Shown here: positions 14,892-17,515 of the stretch, piece after piece
Position numbering within the stretch: the first letter of the stretch is position 1
How the letters are laid out: every line of letters begins with the position of its first letter
Source: Armatimonadia bacterium
GTDB lineage: Bacteria > Armatimonadota > Zipacnadia > Zipacnadales > UBA11051
Length of the DNA stretch: 17,515 nt
Direction: 5' to 3'
Assembly (NCBI GenBank): GCA_039683575.1
Contig: JBDKRC010000352.1
Coordinates: forward strand, 1 to 17,515
Position numbers and translations under genes: made by a program
Notes under the pieces: generated by a model
The model's input: the letters and a program-made list of their open reading frames with translations, nothing else
Told to the model about the DNA's origin: nothing
Database searches by the model: none

Positions 14892-17216
14892 CTAGACCAG
14901 CCGTCCTCCGCCTTCCGCCACCACCTTCCCGTTTTCCCACCTCACAGCCACTGGTCCCTCAGGGGTTAGCAACCTCGCCTCAGGCTCCGTACGCGGGCCG
15001 AAATGCACCGGGTGGAGCTGGACCCCATCTTGCTGCAGGCGCGCGCCCCAGAGCTTCGCCTGGAGCCACGGAAGGGGATGTGCGGAGGTGGCCACGCCAT
15101 GGTCGCCGGAGCCGTCGCGGTTGGCGGCCCAGCTTTCGGCCCACGCGTCGAGATACTCGGGCAGATTGAACCGCATCGCCACATAGCCCAGGAGCCTGCC
15201 CAGCGAGTTCTGGTGCCACATCGCCTTCGGGTACGGCAGGTCCCACCACTTGCCGCTGTAGGCGTCGAAGTGGCGCGGCTGGCCGTTGAAGTCGTGCTGG
15301 TACCCCCAGCCCATCACTCCCTCCCCCGGCGGCTTCGGTCCTCCTGCCTCGAACTGCTTCACCCCGGTATCGTGCCTGAAGCGCACCGCCATCAGCCAGT
15401 CGGCGAAGCGCTTGACGGTCGAGAGCAGGGCTTCGTCATCCGGGAAGAGCTCCAGGTAGTCCAGGACGCCCTCGGTGGCCATGAGGCCCATCCAGGGCTT
15501 GGTGATGTAAGCGCCCCACTGGTGCAAGCCGGTGCCGCCGGCCTGATCGCCGAAGCTGCCGTTGGGCCGCTGCGAGTGGTGCACCATCATCGCGCCCTCG
15601 TGGGCGATGCGGCGGTAGTGTTCATCGGCGGTGTAGCGGTAGAGCATGACGGCGCTGCGGACGTACTTGGCATCGCGGCCGACCGCCAGGCGCGGCCAGG
15701 AGTTCTTCTGCAGCCAGTGGGCATTGTCTACGACGGCCTGTGACGTCTCGAGCAGATAGGGCACGCCTGTTTCGAGATAGGCGGTGATGGGGCCGAGGAG
15801 ACGGTTCATGGGCTCGGCGAAGGCGTGGTGGCCGAAGCCGTGCATCCGCACGAGCTTGGCGGCATGGTCAATGGCGATGTCGGTGAAGCTCCAGGCAGCG
15901 CGCAGGGCGTTGTCGTAGTCCGCGGTGTCCCCGGACAGGTAAGCCAGCAGGAACATGGCCCAGGGAGCCTCACCCTCCCAGCCAGCCTCGCTGCGGCCAC
16001 GGTCGAGAGGACCGGGATGGGGGTTGGCGTGGCGCGGCAGGGCGCCGTCCTCAAAGCCGCCCTTGACGATGTAGTCACGGCAGTACTTGCGGCAGGATTC
16101 GAGGGTTTGATCGTAGGCGTTGGAGACCGGCAGGAGGGAATCGGGGAAGAGTTCCTCGCAGACGCCGTACCACCACGCGGGCGCGACATAGCGCGCAACT
16201 CTCGGCGAGCGGTCCGAGAGGCTCAGCGAGAAGCGCAGCGTGCGGGCCATGCCGCGCGGGAACATGCGGTCGGTGGAGTGGTAGAGGAAGGGGTCACCGG
16301 TGGTGGTGCGGGCCCAGGCGCCGCTGTAGAGGTCCACGCCCTCGTAAGGCTGCCAGACGAGGAAGCCGTCGGCGGCGTCGAGATGGCCGGGCTGCCCTGC
16401 TGTCGCCAGACGACCGGCTTCGCTGACGTCAAAGCGCACCCCGCCGAGTTCCGGCAGGCCCTGCTCGCCGGTCCAGGGGCCGCGATGGGAGCCGAGGTCG
16501 GCGGTGCCGTCGTCATAGCGGATGCCGACCACGGGGACCACGTCGGCCAGATCCTCCCCATCGTCGAAGAACTTGCTGTTGACGTGGTGGGCATAGACCT
16601 CGCAGACGCCGTTGCTGTGCAGGCGCGCGTAGATCCGGCCGTTGAGCCAGTTGTGGTGATGGAGGAACTCGTTGTTGTAGCTCTGTCCCTGCCGCATCTC
16701 GGTCATGCCGAAGCCCTTGCGGGGAATGGCCCCGCCCATCTCGACCACGAGGCACTCAGGCGTCTCTTCCAATACCACCATCCGGCAGCACTCCCACCAG
16801 TGAACCTCTCCGTCGTGCCGCAGGCCCATGGCGAGACCGACGGAATGACCGCCCCAACTGATCCGGAGCAGGTGCCGCTCCCACATGAGGCCCTCTTCCT
16901 CGCACTTCGCGAACAGCTCAGCCTCAGCGCTGGGGTGCGCAGTCACCGGAGAGGCAGGCGGGGTGACGGATAGCTCTTCAGGCGGAGTGTTTTCGGCATC
17001 TGCGACCAGCAGCAGCCTTCGTGGCGAGCCCTCGGCCTCCCCCGGCCACTGCCCCAGCGGCTGAACGTACGTGGGCGTGTTGCCCAGCGCGAGGGGCCTG
17101 GCAGCGGCTCTCGGCCACGGCAGGGAGGCAATGCAGAGCCCGGCGGGCTCATCCGGCCCCAACCGTTTCAGTTTCAGTTCATCGAGGTACCCGAGCAGCA
17201 AATCTGACGACGACAT
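14892..17216 (-). CDS. Hypothetical protein, probably YetA/PcRGLX (exo-rhamnogalacturonan lyase)-like with an alpha/alpha-toroid C-terminus
   Basis: Long ORF with GC3 bias. Start moved from 17306 to ATG 17216 (AAAAGGAG upstream; 774 aa). N-terminal LPWPR...VQPLGQWP...EGSPRRLLL and central GMARTLRFSL recall YetA-like proteins. C-terminal helical repeats (YLSGD, YLETG..YLLE, YRYTADEHY) and KPWMGL suggest a toroid. The CDS is secure; the family is tentative. Confidence 0.7.
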   Translation of the reverse strand: MSSSDLLLGYLDELKLKRLGPDEPAGLCIASLPWPRAAARPLALGNTPTYVQPLGQWPGEAEGSPRRLLLVADAENTPPEELSVTPPASPVTAHPSAEAELFAKCEEEGLMWERHLLRISWGGHSVGLAMGLRHDGEVHWWECCRMVVLEETPECLVVEMGGAIPRKGFGMTEMRQGQSYNNEFLHHHNWLNGRIYARLHSNGVCEVYAHHVNSKFFDDGEDLADVVPVVGIRYDDGTADLGSHRGPWTGEQGLPELGGVRFDVSEAGRLATAGQPGHLDAADGFLVWQPYEGVDLYSGAWARTTTGDPFLYHSTDRMFPRGMARTLRFSLSLSDRSPRVARYVAPAWWYGVCEELFPDSLLPVSNAYDQTLESCRKYCRDYIVKGGFEDGALPRHANPHPGPLDRGRSEAGWEGEAPWAMFLLAYLSGDTADYDNALRAAWSFTDIAIDHAAKLVRMHGFGHHAFAEPMNRLLGPITAYLETGVPYLLETSQAVVDNAHWLQKNSWPRLAVGRDAKYVRSAVMLYRYTADEHYRRIAHEGAMMVHHSQRPNGSFGDQAGGTGLHQWGAYITKPWMGLMATEGVLDYLELFPDDEALLSTVKRFADWLMAVRFRHDTGVKQFEAGGPKPPGEGVMGWGYQHDFNGQPRHFDAYSGKWWDLPYPKAMWHQNSLGRLLGYVAMRFNLPEYLDAWAESWAANRDGSGDHGVATSAHPLPWLQAKLWGARLQQDGVQLHPVHFGPRTEPEARLLTPEGPVAVRWENGKVVAEGGGRLV

Positions 17217-17266
17217 GAGAAGTAACAGCTCCTTTTGATACCGGCTTGTTAGCCAACAACGGGTCA

Positions 17267-17334
17267 GTTCAGCATGACTGCAGTGGTATCCTCCCGCCGC
17301 GGCCAAGCAGGTCCGGACAAGTTGCCCGCCGAAC
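17267..17334. promoter_or_regulatory. Back-to-back divergent SigH-like promoter motifs
   Basis: Minus: GGAGGA 17294-17289, N18, GAAC 17270-17267. Plus: GCAGGT 17307-17312, N18, GAAC 17331-17334. Confidence 0.45.
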
Positions 17335-17370
17335 CAAGACCCATTCCCATTGGCCAGGTGGAGGTCCGCG

Positions 17371-17515
17371 ATGTCCCAGTTGCCTGTCGTGAGTTTTGAG
17401 CAGTATTACCAGCATGAGGCCCTGACCGCGCACCTGAAGGCTGTCGCGGCCGCCAGGCCCGATCGAGTGAGGCTGCACAACCTTTGCACCACTGCCGAGG
17501 GCCGCGAGGAGTGGC
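17371..17515 (+). CDS. M14 family zinc carboxypeptidase, N-terminal fragment (runs off the right edge)
   Basis: Not in the ORF track. GGAGGT at 17360-17365 precedes ATG 17371. Translation MSQLPVVSFEQYYQHEALTAHLKAVAAARPDRVRLHNLCTTAEGREEW fits the M14 N-terminal pattern (F..YY...EL...L......P....L..IG.S.EGR.IW). The HxxE zinc motif would lie outside the window. Confidence 0.7.
   Translation, partial: MSQLPVVSFEQYYQHEALTAHLKAVAAARPDRVRLHNLCTTAEGREEW

Noticed and set aside
15003-16973. Plus-strand ORFs 15003..15743 and 15825..16973
   Set aside because: Antisense shadows of the 774-aa minus-strand gene.

Overview
GC-rich bacterial chromosomal window. The DUF1559/H-X9-DG prepilin style suggests Armatimonadota or a similar lineage (inference). 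I call 12 protein-coding genes in this order: partial tkt (-), pgl (+), a prepilin-type DUF1559-like protein (-), a GspE/PilB-family ATPase (-), a YbhB/YbcL (PEBP) lipoprotein (+), a D-2-hydroxyacid dehydrogenase (+), a DUF4382 lipoprotein (-), a 1573-aa alpha-2-macroglobulin/thioester protein (+), mscL with a C-terminal Cys cluster (+), a sugar-phosphate isomerase/epimerase TIM barrel (-), a Met-rich secreted hypothetical protein (+), and a YetA/PcRGLX-like protein (-). The start of a thirteenth, an M14 carboxypeptidase (+), lies at the right edge. All four convergent junctions carry terminator hairpins, and three also carry REP-like palindromes from two families. No rRNA, tRNA, CRISPR array or transposase was seen. 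Main leads: (1) the thioester protein has a complement-C3-like His-Gln-Glu segment downstream of GCFEQ; (2) it also has a GspG pseudopilin-head-like insert next to its bait region, and a pilus/T2SS ATPase and prepilin lie nearby; (3) a SigH(Spo0H)-like motif (G[CG]AGG[AT]-N17-19-GAA[GC]) is correctly oriented upstream of seven genes; (4) a structured leader with an anti-SD loop precedes the dehydrogenase. All family calls come from motif recognition by eye; no searches were run.
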